A DNA stretch of 64,000 bases from positions 26,784,001 to 26,848,000 of the forward strand of contig OZ024750.1 of assembly GCA_964016885.1 (NCBI GenBank), read 5' to 3'. The notes under the pieces are model-generated. The model did not search any database and was not told the origin of the DNA. It saw nothing but the letters and a program-made list of their open reading frames with translations. This document shows positions 10,260 through 22,500 of this stretch, one piece after another. The position numbers and the translations under genes were made by a program. The stretch's first letter is position 1, and the number at the start of each line of letters is the position of its first letter. This DNA comes from Eledone cirrhosa (taxonomy: Eukaryota).

Positions 10260-11468
10260 GTGGAGGAGCTGGTGGTGATGGTGTTTATGATAGTGGATGT
10301 GGTGATGGTGCGATGATAATGCTGGTAGTGGTGTTGATGGTGGTTGTGATGATGATGATGTTGCCGATGGTGCTGATGTTTTTGGTTGTGGGGGTGTTGG
10401 TGTTCATGCTGGTGGTGGAGGTGGTGGTACTGGTGGTTATGGTAATGGTGGTGTTAGTGCTGGTGGTGTTTATGGTGGTTGTGGTAATGATGGTGGTAGT
10501 GGTGGTGGTGTTTATGGTAAATGTGGTAATGGTGGTGGTAGTGGTGGTGGTGTTTATGGTGGTTGTGGTAATGATGGTGGTAGTGGTGGTGGTGTTTATG
10601 GTAAATGTGGTAATGGTGGTGGTAGTGGTGGTGGTGTTTATGGTGGTTGTGGTAATGATGGTGGTAGTGGTGGTGGTGTTTATGGTAAATGTGGTAATGG
10701 TGGTGGTAGTGGTGGTGGTGTTTATGGTGGTTGTGGTAATGATGGTGGTAGTGGTGGTGGTGTTTATGGTAAATGTGGTAATGGTGGTGGTAGTGGTGGT
10801 TGAGGTAGTGGTGATTGTGGTGTTGTGGTAATGGTGGTGGTAGTGGTGGTGGTGTTTATGGTGGTTGTGGTAACGGTGATGGTAGTGGTGGTGGTGTTTA
10901 TGGTGGTTGTGGAAGTGGTGGTTGTGGTCTTTGTGGTGGTTGTGGTAGTGGTGATTGTGCTGTTGTGGTAATGGTGGTGGTAGTGGTGGTGGTGTTTATG
11001 GTGGTTGTGGTCTTTGTGGTGGTTGTAGTAGTGGTGATTGTGGTGTTGTGGTAATGGTGGTGGTAGGGGTGGTGGTGTTTATGGTGGTTGTGGTAATGGT
11101 GGTGGTAGTGGTGGTGGTGTTTATGGTGGTTGTGGTAATGGTGGTGGTAGTGGTAGTGGTGTTTATGGTGGTTGTCGTAGTGGTGGTTGTGGTAGTGGTG
11201 GTTGTGGTAGTGGTGATTGTGCTGTTGTAGTAATGGTGGTGGTAGTGGTGGTGGTGTTTATGGTAGTTGTGGTCTTTGTGGTGGTTGTAGTAGTGGTGAT
11301 TGGGGTGTTGTGGTAATGGTGGTGGTAGGGGTGGTGGTGTTTATGGCGGTTGTGGTAATGGTGGTGGTAGTGGTGGTGGTGTTTATGGTGGTTGTGGTAA
11401 TGATGATGTTTATGGCCGTGGTGGTGCTGGTGTTCATGCTGGTGGTGGAGGTGGCGGTTGTGGTGCCG
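10260..11468 (+). repeat. (GGT)n-derived compound simple repeat
   Basis: GGT/GGTAGT/GGTAAT runs with a local 78-bp periodicity; yields poly-Val/Gly pseudo-ORFs. Confidence 0.9.
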
Positions 11469-11534
11469 ATAAGATAAAAAGTAAGACATTCTTCATCAAG
11501 TCTTCACTACAATAGGGAATGAATAGAACGACTC

Positions 11535-12335
11535 ATAGAAACCGCAAACCCATTGAAACCCCAGCCTCATAGAAACCCCAATCCAATAGAAACTCCAACA
11601 TAATAGAAACCCAAACCCCCTAGAGACTCCAACCTTATACAAAGCCAAACCCCATAGAAACCCCAGCCTTGTAGAAACTCCAGCCTCATAGAAACCCCAA
11701 CCTCATAGAAACACCTCAGAAACCTTAACCTCATAGAAACCCCTATCCCCTAGAAACCACAACCCCCTAGAAACCCCAACCCATACAAATCCCAACGCCC
11801 TAGAAACCCTAACCACGTAGAAACCCCAACCTCATAGAGACCCCAACACCCTAGAATCCCCAACCCCCTAGAAACCTCAACCCCATACAAATCCCAAGCC
11901 CTTAGAAACCCCAACCTCATAGAAACCCCAACCACATACAAATGACAGCTTCATAGAAGCCCTATCCTCACAGAAACCCAACCCTCTAGAAACCACATCC
12001 CCATAGAAACCCCAACCTCATAGAAACCCAACCCCCTAGAAACCCTAGTCTCGTAGAAACCCCAACCTCATAGAGACCCCAACACCCTAGAAATCCGAAC
12101 CTCATAGAAACCCTAACACCCTAGAAACCCCAGCCCCATAGAAACCCAACCCCCTAGAAACCCCAACACCCTAGACACCCCAACCCCCTAGAAACCCAAC
12201 TCCCTAGAAACCCCAACCCCCTAGAAACCCCAACCCCCTAGAAACCCAACCCCCTAGAAACTCCAACCCCCTAGAAACCCAACCCCCTAGAAACGCCAAC
12301 CCCCTAGAAACCCCAACCTCATAGAAACTCCAGTC
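11535..12335 (+). repeat. 17-18-bp C-rich minisatellite (TAGAAACCCCAACCYCA)
   Basis: About 45 degenerate copies; the minus strand is G-tract rich. Confidence 0.9.
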
Positions 12336-12504
12336 TCAGTAACAATATAATTGGTTTTCTTTTATAACTGTTTAATGGTTAGTTAATTTATAGTGACCGT
12401 TGGCACCGAGTTCTGTTTTATGTTGATGTCTTGACGATCATTTTGAAGAGGAGAATTGGATGATGAAAGGAAGGAAAGAAGAATAGAAGGGCGTATATGA
12501 TAGA

Positions 12505-12945
12505 GAGGAGATAGATGAGTGGAGGTAGGTGATTGGAGGTAGATGAGTGGAGGTATATGAGTGGAGATAGATGAGCGGAAGTAGATGAGTGGTGGTAGAT
12601 GAGTGGAGGTAGATGACTGGAGGTGCATGAGTGGAGGTAGACGAGTGGAGGTAGATGAATGAGGGTACATGAGTGGAGATAGATGAAGATGAAAGGAGGT
12701 TGATGATTGGAGGTAGATGAGTGGAGATAGACGGGTGGAGGTAGATGAGTGGAGTTAGATGAGGGGAGGTAGGTGAGTGGAGGTAGATCAGTGGAAATAG
12801 ACGAGTGGAGATAGATGAGTGGAGGTAGATGAGTGGAGTTAGACGAGTCGAGATAGATGAGTGGAGGTAGATGAGTGGACATAGACAAGTAGAGGTAGAT
12901 GAGCAGAGATAGATGCGTGGAGGTAGACGAGTAGAGATAGGTGAA
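12505..12945 (+). repeat. 14-bp minisatellite (GAGTGGAGGTAGAT)
   Basis: About 30 degenerate copies. Confidence 0.9.
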
Positions 12946-13174
12946 AGGTACGGCTATATCGATGGTGATGCTGTAGATCTGAGGTTTTCAAAGTGGACGT
13001 TACCACCCTCGGGTGCGCTGAGGAGGCCCAGGAGGTAATGAGGGGTGGTAGAGGTGATATAATAGTATATTAAATATCAAATGATATATTATATATAAAT
13101 GTAATAAAATAAAAAATATATAATATTTATTTATACATAGTAGATATTATATTATTTATTATATATAGATTAAC

Positions 13175-13370
13175 GATTTCCCAGTCACTGAAGAGGTCAC
13201 AGAATGTGTGACGAAAGAACTTTGACACTATATGAACAATCATCTCGTTGTGGAACCAACCAACCGGAAATTTATAAATTCCTAAGTTTATAAATTTAAT
13301 TTATAATAAATTGAAATGAAAGCTACTGGTGCGTGTGTTTCTTATTGGCAACATGACCCTCCCAAAGTAT

Positions 13371-13376
<6 letters not shown>
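13175..13376 (+). mobile_element. solo PLE pLTR fragment (family B) with hammerhead-like motif at 13184-13226
   Basis: Homologous to 9685-9890; GTCA CTGAAGA GGTCACAGAATGTGTGAC GAAA GAAC TT TGAC; ends in (TA)n. Confidence 0.75.
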
Positions 13377-13406
<30 letters not shown>

Positions 13407-13537
13407 AACAAGGGGCTTGATAAAGTGTATTTAGAAATAAAAGGAAATCACAAACAAGGGACAAACGATTCGATGGCAGCTAATTATGTTAACTTGTCCT
13501 TTAGTTGGCTATCTGTCACCATTGTTCAGAGAAGGAT

Positions 13538-16500
13538 TGATCTAGTAAAAGACCTTCCTTCACAGCTATTTAGAGAGTGGGAATAGTCTAGTGAAGACCT
13601 TTCTTCACCGCTGTTTAGAGAGTGGTATCCAGTGGAAGACCTTTCTTCACCGCTGTATAGAGAGTGGTACCTAGTGAAGACCTTTCTTCACCACTGTTTA
13701 GAGAGTGGTATCTAGTGAAGACCTTTCTTCACCGCTGTTTAGAGAGTGGTATCCAGTGGAAGACCTTTCTTCACCACTGTATAGAGAGTGGTATCTAGTG
13801 AAGACCTTTCTTCACCACTGTTTAGAGAGTGGTATCCAGTGGAAGCCCTTTCTTCACCGCTGTTTAGAGAGTGGTATCCAGTGGAAGACCTTTCTTCACC
13901 GCTGTTTAGAGAGTGGTATCCAGTGGAAGCCCTTTCTTCACCACTGTTTAGAGAGTGTGATCTAGATAAGCCCTTTCTTCACCGTGGTTTAGAGAGTTTG
14001 ATCTAGATAAGCCCTTTCTTCACCGCTGTTTAGAGAGTGGTATCCAGTGGAAGACCTTCCTTCACCACTGTTTAGAGAGTGGTATCCAGTGGAAGACCTT
14101 TCTTCACCGCTGTTTAGAGAGTGGTATCCAGTGGAAGACCTTTCTTCACCGCTGTTTAGAGAGTGGTATCCAGTGGAAGCCCTTTCTTCACCGCTGTTTA
14201 GAGAGTGGTATCCAGTGGAAGACCTTTTCTTCACCGCTGTTTAGAGAGTGGTATCCAGTGGAAGACCTTTCTTCACCGCTGTTTAGAGAGTGGTATCCAG
14301 TGGAAGACCTTTCTTCACCACTGTTTAGAGAGTGGTATCCAGTGGAAGACCTTTCTTCACCACTGTTTAGAGAGTGGTATCCAGTGGAAGCCCTTTCTTC
14401 ACCGCTGTTTAGAGAGTGGTATCCAGTGGAAGACCTTTCTTCACCGCTGTTTAGAGAGTGGTATCCAGTGGAAGACCTTTCTTCACCACTGTTTAGAGAG
14501 TGGTATCCAGTGGAAGACCTTTCTGCACCACTGTTTAGAGAATGGTATCCAGTGGAAGACCTTTCTTCACCGCTGTTTAGAGAGTGGTATCCAGTGGAAG
14601 ACCTTTCTTCACCACTGTTTAGAGAGTGTGATCTAGATAAGCCCTTTCTGCACCACTGTTTAGAGAGTGGTATCCAGTGGAAGACCTTTCTTCACCGCTG
14701 TTTAGAGAGTGGTATCCAGTGGAAGACCTTCCTTCACCACTGTTTAGAGAGTGGTATCCAGCGGAAGACCTTTCTTCACCGCTGTTTAGAGAGTGGTATC
14801 CAGTGGAAGACCTTTCTTCACCGCTGTTTAGAGAGTGGTATCCAGTGGAAGCCCTTTCTTCACCGCTGTTTAGAGAGTGGTATCCAGTGGAAGCCCTTTC
14901 TTCACCGCTGTTTAGAGAGTGGTATCCAGTGGAAGATCTTTCTTCACTGCTGTTTAGAGAGTGGTATCTAATGAAAGCCCGTTCTTCACCGCTGTTTAGA
15001 GAGTGTGATCTAGATAAGCCCTTTCTTCACCGCTGTTTAGAGAGTGGTATCCAGTGGAAGACCTTTCTTCACCGCTGTTTAGAGAGTGGGATCCAGTGGA
15101 AGCCCTTTCTTCACCGCTGTTTAGAGAGTGGTATCCAGTGGAAGCCCTTTCTTCACCGCTGTTTAGAGAGTGGTATCCAGTGGAAGCCCTTTCTTCACCG
15201 CTGTTTAGAGAGTGGGATCCAGTGGAAGACCTTTCTTCACCGCTGTTTAGAGAGTGGTATCCAGTGGAAGACCTTTCTTCACCGCTGTTTAGATAGTGGT
15301 ATCAAGTGGAAGACCTTTCTGCACCACTGTTTAGAGAGTGGTATCCAGTGGAAGACCTTTCTGCACCACTGTTTAGAGAATGGTATCCAGTGGAAGACCT
15401 TTCTTCACCACTGTTTAGAGAGTGTGATCTAGATAAGCCCTTTCTTCACCGCTGTTTAGAGAGTTTGATCTAGATAAGCCCTTTCTTCACCGCTGTTTAG
15501 AGAGTGGTATCCAGTGGAAGACCTTCCTTCACCACTGTTTAGAGAGTGGTATCCAGTGGAAGACCTTTCTTCACCGCTGTTTAGAGAGTGGTATCCAGTG
15601 GAAGACCTTTCTTCACCGCTGTTTAGAGAGTGGTATCCAGTGGAAGCCCTTTCTTCACCGCTGTTTAGAGAGTGGTATCCAGTGGAAGACCTTTCTTCAC
15701 CGCTGTTTAGAGAGTGGTATCCAGTGGAAGACCTTCCTTCACCGCTGTTTAGAGAGTGGTATCCAGTGGAAGACCTTTCTTCACCACTGTTTAGAGAGTG
15801 GTATCCAGTGGAAGCCCTTTCTTCACCACTGTTTAGAGAGTGGTATCGAGTGGAAGACCTTTCTTCACCGCTGTTTAGAGAGTGGTATCCAGTGGAAGAC
15901 CTTTCTTCACCACTGTTTAGAGAGTGGTATCCAGTGGAAGACCTTTCTGCACCACCGTTTAGAGAATGGTATCCAGTGGAAGACCTTTCTTCAGCGCTGT
16001 TTAGAGAGTGGTGTCCAGTGGAAGACCTTTCTTAACCGCTGTTTAGAGAGTGGTATCCAGTGGAAGACCTTTCTTAACCGCTGTTTAGAGAGTGGTATCC
16101 AGTGGAAGACCTTTCTTCACCGCTGTTTAGAGAGTGGTATCCAGTGGAAGCCCTTTCTTTACCGCTGTTTAGAGAGTGGTATCCAGTGGAAGCCCTTTCT
16201 TCACCGCTGTTTAGAGAGTGGGATCCAGTGGAAGCCATTTCTCCACCGCTGTTTAGAGAGTGGTATCGAGTGGAAGCCCTTTCTTCACCGCTGTTTAGAG
16301 AATGGTATCCAGTGGAAGACCTTTCTTCACCGCTGTTTAGAGAGTGGTATCCAGTGGAAGACCTTTCTTCACCGCTGTTTAGAGAGTGGCATCTAATGAA
16401 AGCCCTTTCTTCACCGCTGTTTAGAGAGTGTGATCTAGATAAGCCCTTTCTTCACCGCTGTTTAGAGAGTGGTATCCAGTGGAAGACCTTTCTTCACCGC

Positions 16501-19500
16501 TGTTTAGAGAGTGGGATCCAGTGGAAGCCCTTTCTTCACCGCTGTTTAGAGAGTGGTATCCAGTGGAAGACCTTTCTTCACCGCTGTTTAGAGAGTGGTA
16601 TCTAATGAAAGCCCGTTCTTCACCGCTGTTTAGAGAGTGTGATCTAGATAAGCCCTTTCTTCACAGCTGTTTAGAGAGTGGTATCCAGTGGAAGACCTTT
16701 CTTCACCGCTGTTTAGAGAGTGGGATCCAGTGGAAGCCCTTTCTTCACCGCTGTTTAGAGAGCGGTATCCAGTGGAAGACCTTTCTTCACCGCTGTCTAG
16801 AGAGTGGTATCAAGTGGAATACCTTTCTGCACCACTGTTTAGAGAGTGGTATCCAGTGGAAGACATTTCTGCACCACTGTTTAGAGAATGGTATCCAGTG
16901 GAAGACCTTTCTTCACCACTGTTTAGAGAGTGTGATCTAGATAAGCCCTTTCTTCACCGTGGTTTAGAGAGTTTGATCTAGATAAGCCCTTTCTTCACCG
17001 CTGTTTAGAGAGTGGTATCCAGTGGAAGACCTTCCTTCACCACTGTTTAGAGAGTGGTATCCAGTGGAAGACCTTTCTTCACCGCTGTTTAGAGAGTGGT
17101 ATCCAGTGGAAGACCTTTCTTCACCGCTGTTTAGAGAGTGGTATCCAGTGGAAGACCATTCTTCACCGCTGTTTAGAGAGTGGTATCCAGTTGAAGACCT
17201 TTCTTCACCACTGTTTAGAGAGTGGTATCCAGTGGAAGCCCTTTCTTCACCGCTGTTTAGAGAGTGGTATCCAGTGGAAGACCTTTCTTCACCGCTGTTT
17301 AGAGAGTGGTATCCAGTGGAAGACCTTTCTTCACCACTGTTTAGAGAGTGGTATCCAGTGGAAGACCTTTCTGCACCACTGTTTAGAGAATGGTATCCAG
17401 TGGAAGACCTTTCTTCACCACTGTTTAGAGAGTGTGATCTAGATAAGCCTTTTCTTCACCGCTGTTTAGAGAGTGTGATCTAGATAAGCCCTTTCTTCAC
17501 CGCTGTTTAGAGAGTGGTATCCAGTGGAAGACCTTCCTTCACCACTGTTTAGAGAGTGGTATCCAGTGTAAGACCTTTCTTCACCGCTGTTTAGAGAGTG
17601 GTATCCAGTGGAAGACCTTTCTGCACCACTGTTTAGAGAATGGTATCCAGTGGAATACCTTTCTTCACCACTGTTTAGAGAGTGTGATCTAGATAAGCCT
17701 TTTCTTCACCGCTGTTTAGAGAGTGTGATCTAGATAAGCCCTTTCTTCACCGCTGTTTAGAGAGTGGTATCCAGTGGAAGACCTTTCTTCACCGCTGTTT
17801 AGAGAGTGGTATCCAGTGGAAGCCCTTTCTTTACCGCTGTTTAGAGAGTGGTATCCAGTGGAAGACCTTTCTTCACCGCTGTTTAGAGAGTGGGATCCAG
17901 TGGAAGCCATTTCTCCACCGCTGTTTAGAGAGTGGTATCCAGTGGAAGCCCTTTCTTCACCGCTGTTTAGAGAATGGTATCCAGTGGAAGACCTTTCTTC
18001 ACCGCTGTTTAGAGAGTGGTATCCAGTGGAAGACCTTTCTTCACCGCTGTTTAGAGAGTGGCATCTAATGAAAGCCCTTTCTTCACCGCTGTTTAGAGAG
18101 TGTGATCTAGATAAGCCCTTTCTTCACCGCTGTTTAGAGAGTGGTATCCAGTGGAAGACCTTTCTTCACCGCTGTTTAGAGAGTGGTATCCAGTGGAAGA
18201 CCTTTCTGCACCACTGTTTAGAGAATGGTATCCAGTGGAAGACCTTTCTTCACCGCTGTTTAGAGAGTGGTATGCAGTGGAAGACCTTTCTTCACCACTA
18301 TTTAGAGAGTGTGATCTAGATAAGCCCTTTCTGCACCACTGTTTAGAGAGTGGTATCCAGTGGAAGACCTTTCTTCACCGCTGTTTAGAGAATGGTATCC
18401 AGTGGAAGACCTTTCTTCACCGCTGTTTAGAGAGTGGTATCCAGTGGAAGACCTTTCTTCACCGCTGTTTAGAGAGTGGCATCTAATGAAAGCCCTTTCT
18501 TCACCGCTGTTTAGAGAGTGTGATCTAGATAAGCCCTTTCTTCACCGCTGTTTAGAGAGTGGTATCCAGTGGAAGACCTTTCTTCACCGCTGTTTAGAGA
18601 GTGGTATCCAGTGGAAGCCCTTTCTTTACCGCTGTTTAGAGAGTGGTATGCAGTGGAAGACCTTTCTTCACCACTATTTAGAGAGTGTGATCTAGATAAG
18701 CCCTTTCTGCACCACTGTTTAGAGAGTGGTATCCAGTGGAAGCCCTTTCTTCACCGCTGTTTAGAGAATGGTATCCAGTGGAAGACCTTTCTTCACCGCT
18801 GTTTAGAGAGTGGTATCCAGTGGAAGACCTTTCTTCACCGCTGTTTAGAGAGTGGCATCTAATGAAAGCCCTTTCTTCACCGCTGTTTAGAGAGTGTGAT
18901 CTAGATAAGCCCTTTCTTCACCGCTGTTTAGAGAGTGGTATCCAGTGGAAGACCTTTCTTCACCGCTGTTTAGAGAGTGGTATCCAGTGGAAGACCTTCC
19001 TTCACCACTGTTTAGAGAGTGGTATCCAGCGGAAGACCTTTCTTCACCGCTGTTTAGAGAGTGGTATCCAGTGGAAGACCTTTCTGCACCACTGTTTAGA
19101 GAATGGTATCCAGTGGAAGACCTTTCTTCACCGCTGTTTAGAGAGTGGTATGCAGTGGAAGACCTTTCTTCACCACTGTTTAGAGAGTGTGATCTAGATA
19201 AGCCCTTTCTGCACCACTGTTTAGAGAGTGGTATCCAGTGGAAGACCTTTCTTCACCGCTGTTTAGAGAGTGGTATCCAGTGGAAGACCTTCCTTCACCA
19301 CTGTTTAGAGAGTGGTATCCAGCGGAAGACCTTCCTTCACCGCTGTTTAGAGAGTGGTATCGAGTGGAAGACCTTTCTTCACCGCTGTTTAGAGAGTGGT
19401 ATCCAGTGGAAGCCCTTTCTTCACCGCTGTTTAGAGAGTGGTATCCAGTGGAAGCCCTTTCTTCACCGCTGTTTAGAGAATGGTATCCAGTTTAAGACCT

Positions 19501-22500
19501 TTCTTCACCGCTGTTTAGAGAGTGGTATCTAATGAAAGCCCGTTCTTCCCCGCTGTTTAGAGAGTGTGATCTAGATAAGCCCTTTCTTCAACGCTGTTTA
19601 GAGAGTGGTATCCAGTGGAAGACCTTTCTTCACCGCTGTTTAGAGAGTGGGATCCAGTGGAAGCCCTTTCTTCACCGCTGTTTAGAGAGTGGTATCCAGT
19701 GGAAGCCCTTTCTTCACCGCTGTTTAGAGAGTGGTATCCAGTGGAAGCCCTTTCTTCACCGCTGTTTAGAGAATGGTATCCAGTGGAAGACCTTTCTTCA
19801 CCGCTGTTTAGAGAGTGGTATCCAGTGGAAGACCTTTCTTCACCGCTGTTTAGAGAGTAGTATCAAGTGGAAGACCTTTCTGCGCCACTGTTTAGAGAGT
19901 GGTATCCAGTGGAAGACCTTTCTGCACCACTGTTTAGAGAATGGTATCCAGTGGAAGACCTTTCTTCACCACTGTTTAGAGAGTGTGATCTAGATAAGCC
20001 CTTTCTTCACCGCTGTTTAGAGAGTTTGATCTAGATAAGCCCTTTCTTCACCGCTGTTTAGAGAGTGGTATCCAGTGGAAGACCTTCCTTCACCACTGTT
20101 TAGAGAGTGGTATCCAGTGGAAGACCTTTCTTCACCGCTGTTTAGAGAGTGGTATCCAGTGGAAGACCTTTCTTCACCGCTGTTTAGAGAGTGGTATCCA
20201 GTGGAAGCCCTTTCTTCACCGCTGTTTAGAGAGTGGTATCCAGTGGAAGACCTTTCTTCACCGCTGTTTAGAGAGTGGTATCCAGTGGAAGACCTTCCTT
20301 CACCGCTGATTAGAGAGTGGTATCCAGTGGAAGACCTTTCTTCACCACTGTTTAGAGAGTGGTATCCAGTGGAAGCCCTTTCTTCACCACTGTTTAGAGA
20401 GTGGTATCGAGTGGAAGACCTTTCTTCACCGCTGTTTAGAGAGTGGTATCCAGTGGAAGACCTTTCTTCACCACTGTTTAGAGAGTGGTATCCAGTGGAA
20501 GACCTTTCTGCACCACTGTTTAGAGAGTGGTATCCAGTGGAAGACCTTTCTTCACCGCTGTTTAGAGAGTGGGATCCAGTGGAAGCCATTTCTCCACCGC
20601 TGTTTAGAGAGTGGTATCGAGTGGAAGCCCTTTCTTCACCGCTGTTTAGAGAATGGTATCCAGTGGAAGACCTTTCTTCACCGCTGTTTAGAGAGTGGTA
20701 TCCAGTGGAAGACCTTTCTTCACCGCTGTTTAGAGAGTGGCATCTAATGAAAGCCCTTTCTTCACCGCTGTTTAGAGAGTGTGATCTAGATAAGCCCTTT
20801 CTTCACCGCTGTTTAGAGAGTGGTATCCAGTGGAAGACCTTTCTTCACCGCTGTTTAGAGAGTGGGATCCAGTGGAAGCCCTTTCTTCACCGCTGTTTAG
20901 AGAGTGGTATCCAGTGGAAGACCTTTCTGCACCACTGTTTAGAGAATGGTATCCAGTGGAAGACCTTTCTTCACCGCTGTTTAGAGAGTGGTATCCAGTG
21001 GAAGACCTTTCTTCACCGCTGTTTAGAGAGTGGCATCTAATGAAAGCCCTTTCTTCACCGCTGTTTAGAGAGTGTGATCTAGATAAGCCCTTTCTTCACC
21101 GCTGTTTAGAGAGTGGTATCCAGTGGAAGACCTTTCTTCACCGCTGTTTAGAGAGTGGTATCCAGTGGAAGACCTTCCTTCACCACTGTTTAGAGAGTGG
21201 TATCCAGCGGAAGACCTTTCTTCACCGCTGTTTAGAGAGTGGTATCCAGTGGAAGACCTTTCTGCACCACTGTTTAGAGAATGGTATCCAGTGGAAGACC
21301 TTTCTTCACCGCTGTTTAGAGAGTGGTATGCAGTGGAAGCCCTTTCTTCACCGCTGTTTAGAGAGTGGTATCCAGTGGAAGACCTTTCTTCACCGCTGTT
21401 TAGAGAGTGGTATCCAGTGGAAGACCTTCCTTCACCACTGTTTAGAGAGTGGTATCCAGCGGAAGACCTTTCTTCACCGCTGTTTAGAGAGTGGTATCCA
21501 GTGGAAGACCTTTCTGCACCACTGTTTAGAGAATGGTATCCAGTGGAAGACCTTTCTTCACCGCTGTTTAGAGAGTGCTATGCAGTGGAAGACCTTTCTT
21601 CACCACTGTTTAGAGAGTGTGATCTAGATAAGCCCTTTCTGCACCACTGTTTAGAGAGTGGTATCCAGTGGAAGACCTTTCTTCACCGCTGTTTAGAGAG
21701 TGGTATCCAGTGGAAGACCTTCCTTCACCACTGTTTAGAGAGTGGTATCCAGCGGAAGACCTTCCTTCACCGCTGTTTAGAGAGTGGTATCGAGTGGAAG
21801 ACCTTTCTTCACCGCTGTTTAGAGAGTGGTATCCAGTGGAAGCCCTTTCTTCACCGCTGTTTAGAGAGTGGTATCCAGTGGAAGCCCTTTCTTCACCGCT
21901 GTTTAGAGAATGGTATCCAGTGGAAGACCTTTCTTCACCGCTGTTTAGAGAGTGGTATCCAGTGGAAGATCTTTCTTCACCGCTGTTTAGAGAGTGGTAT
22001 CTAATGAAAGCCCGTTCTTCCCCGCTGTTTAGAGAGTGTGATCTAGATAAGCCCTTTCTTCACCGCTGTTTAGAGAGTGGTATCCAGTGGAAGACCTTTC
22101 TTCACCGCTGTTTAGAGAGTGGGATCCAGTGGAAGCCCTTTCTTCACCGCTGTTTAGAGAGTGGTATCCAGTGGAAGCCCTTTCTTCACCGCTGTTTAGA
22201 GAGTGGTATCCAGTGGAAGCCCTTTCTTCACCGCTGTTTAGAGAATGGTATCCAGTGGAAGACCTTTCTTCACCGCTGTTTAGAGAGTGGTATCCAGTGG
22301 AAGACCTTTCTTCACCGCTGTTTAGAGAGTAGTATCAAGTGGAAGACCTTTCTGCACCACTGTTTAGAGAGTGGTATCCAGTGGAAGACCTTTCTGCACC
22401 ACTGTTTAGAGAATGGTATCCAGTGGAAGACCTTTCTTCACCACTGTTTAGAGAGTGTGATCTAGATAAGCCCTTTCTTCACCGCTGTTTAGAGAGTTTG

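Noticed and set aside
10190-11515. Gly/Cys/Tyr-rich or poly-Val ORFs resembling keratin-associated or cuticle proteins
   Set aside because: These are translations of a GGT simple repeat with frameshifts and no splice or start context.
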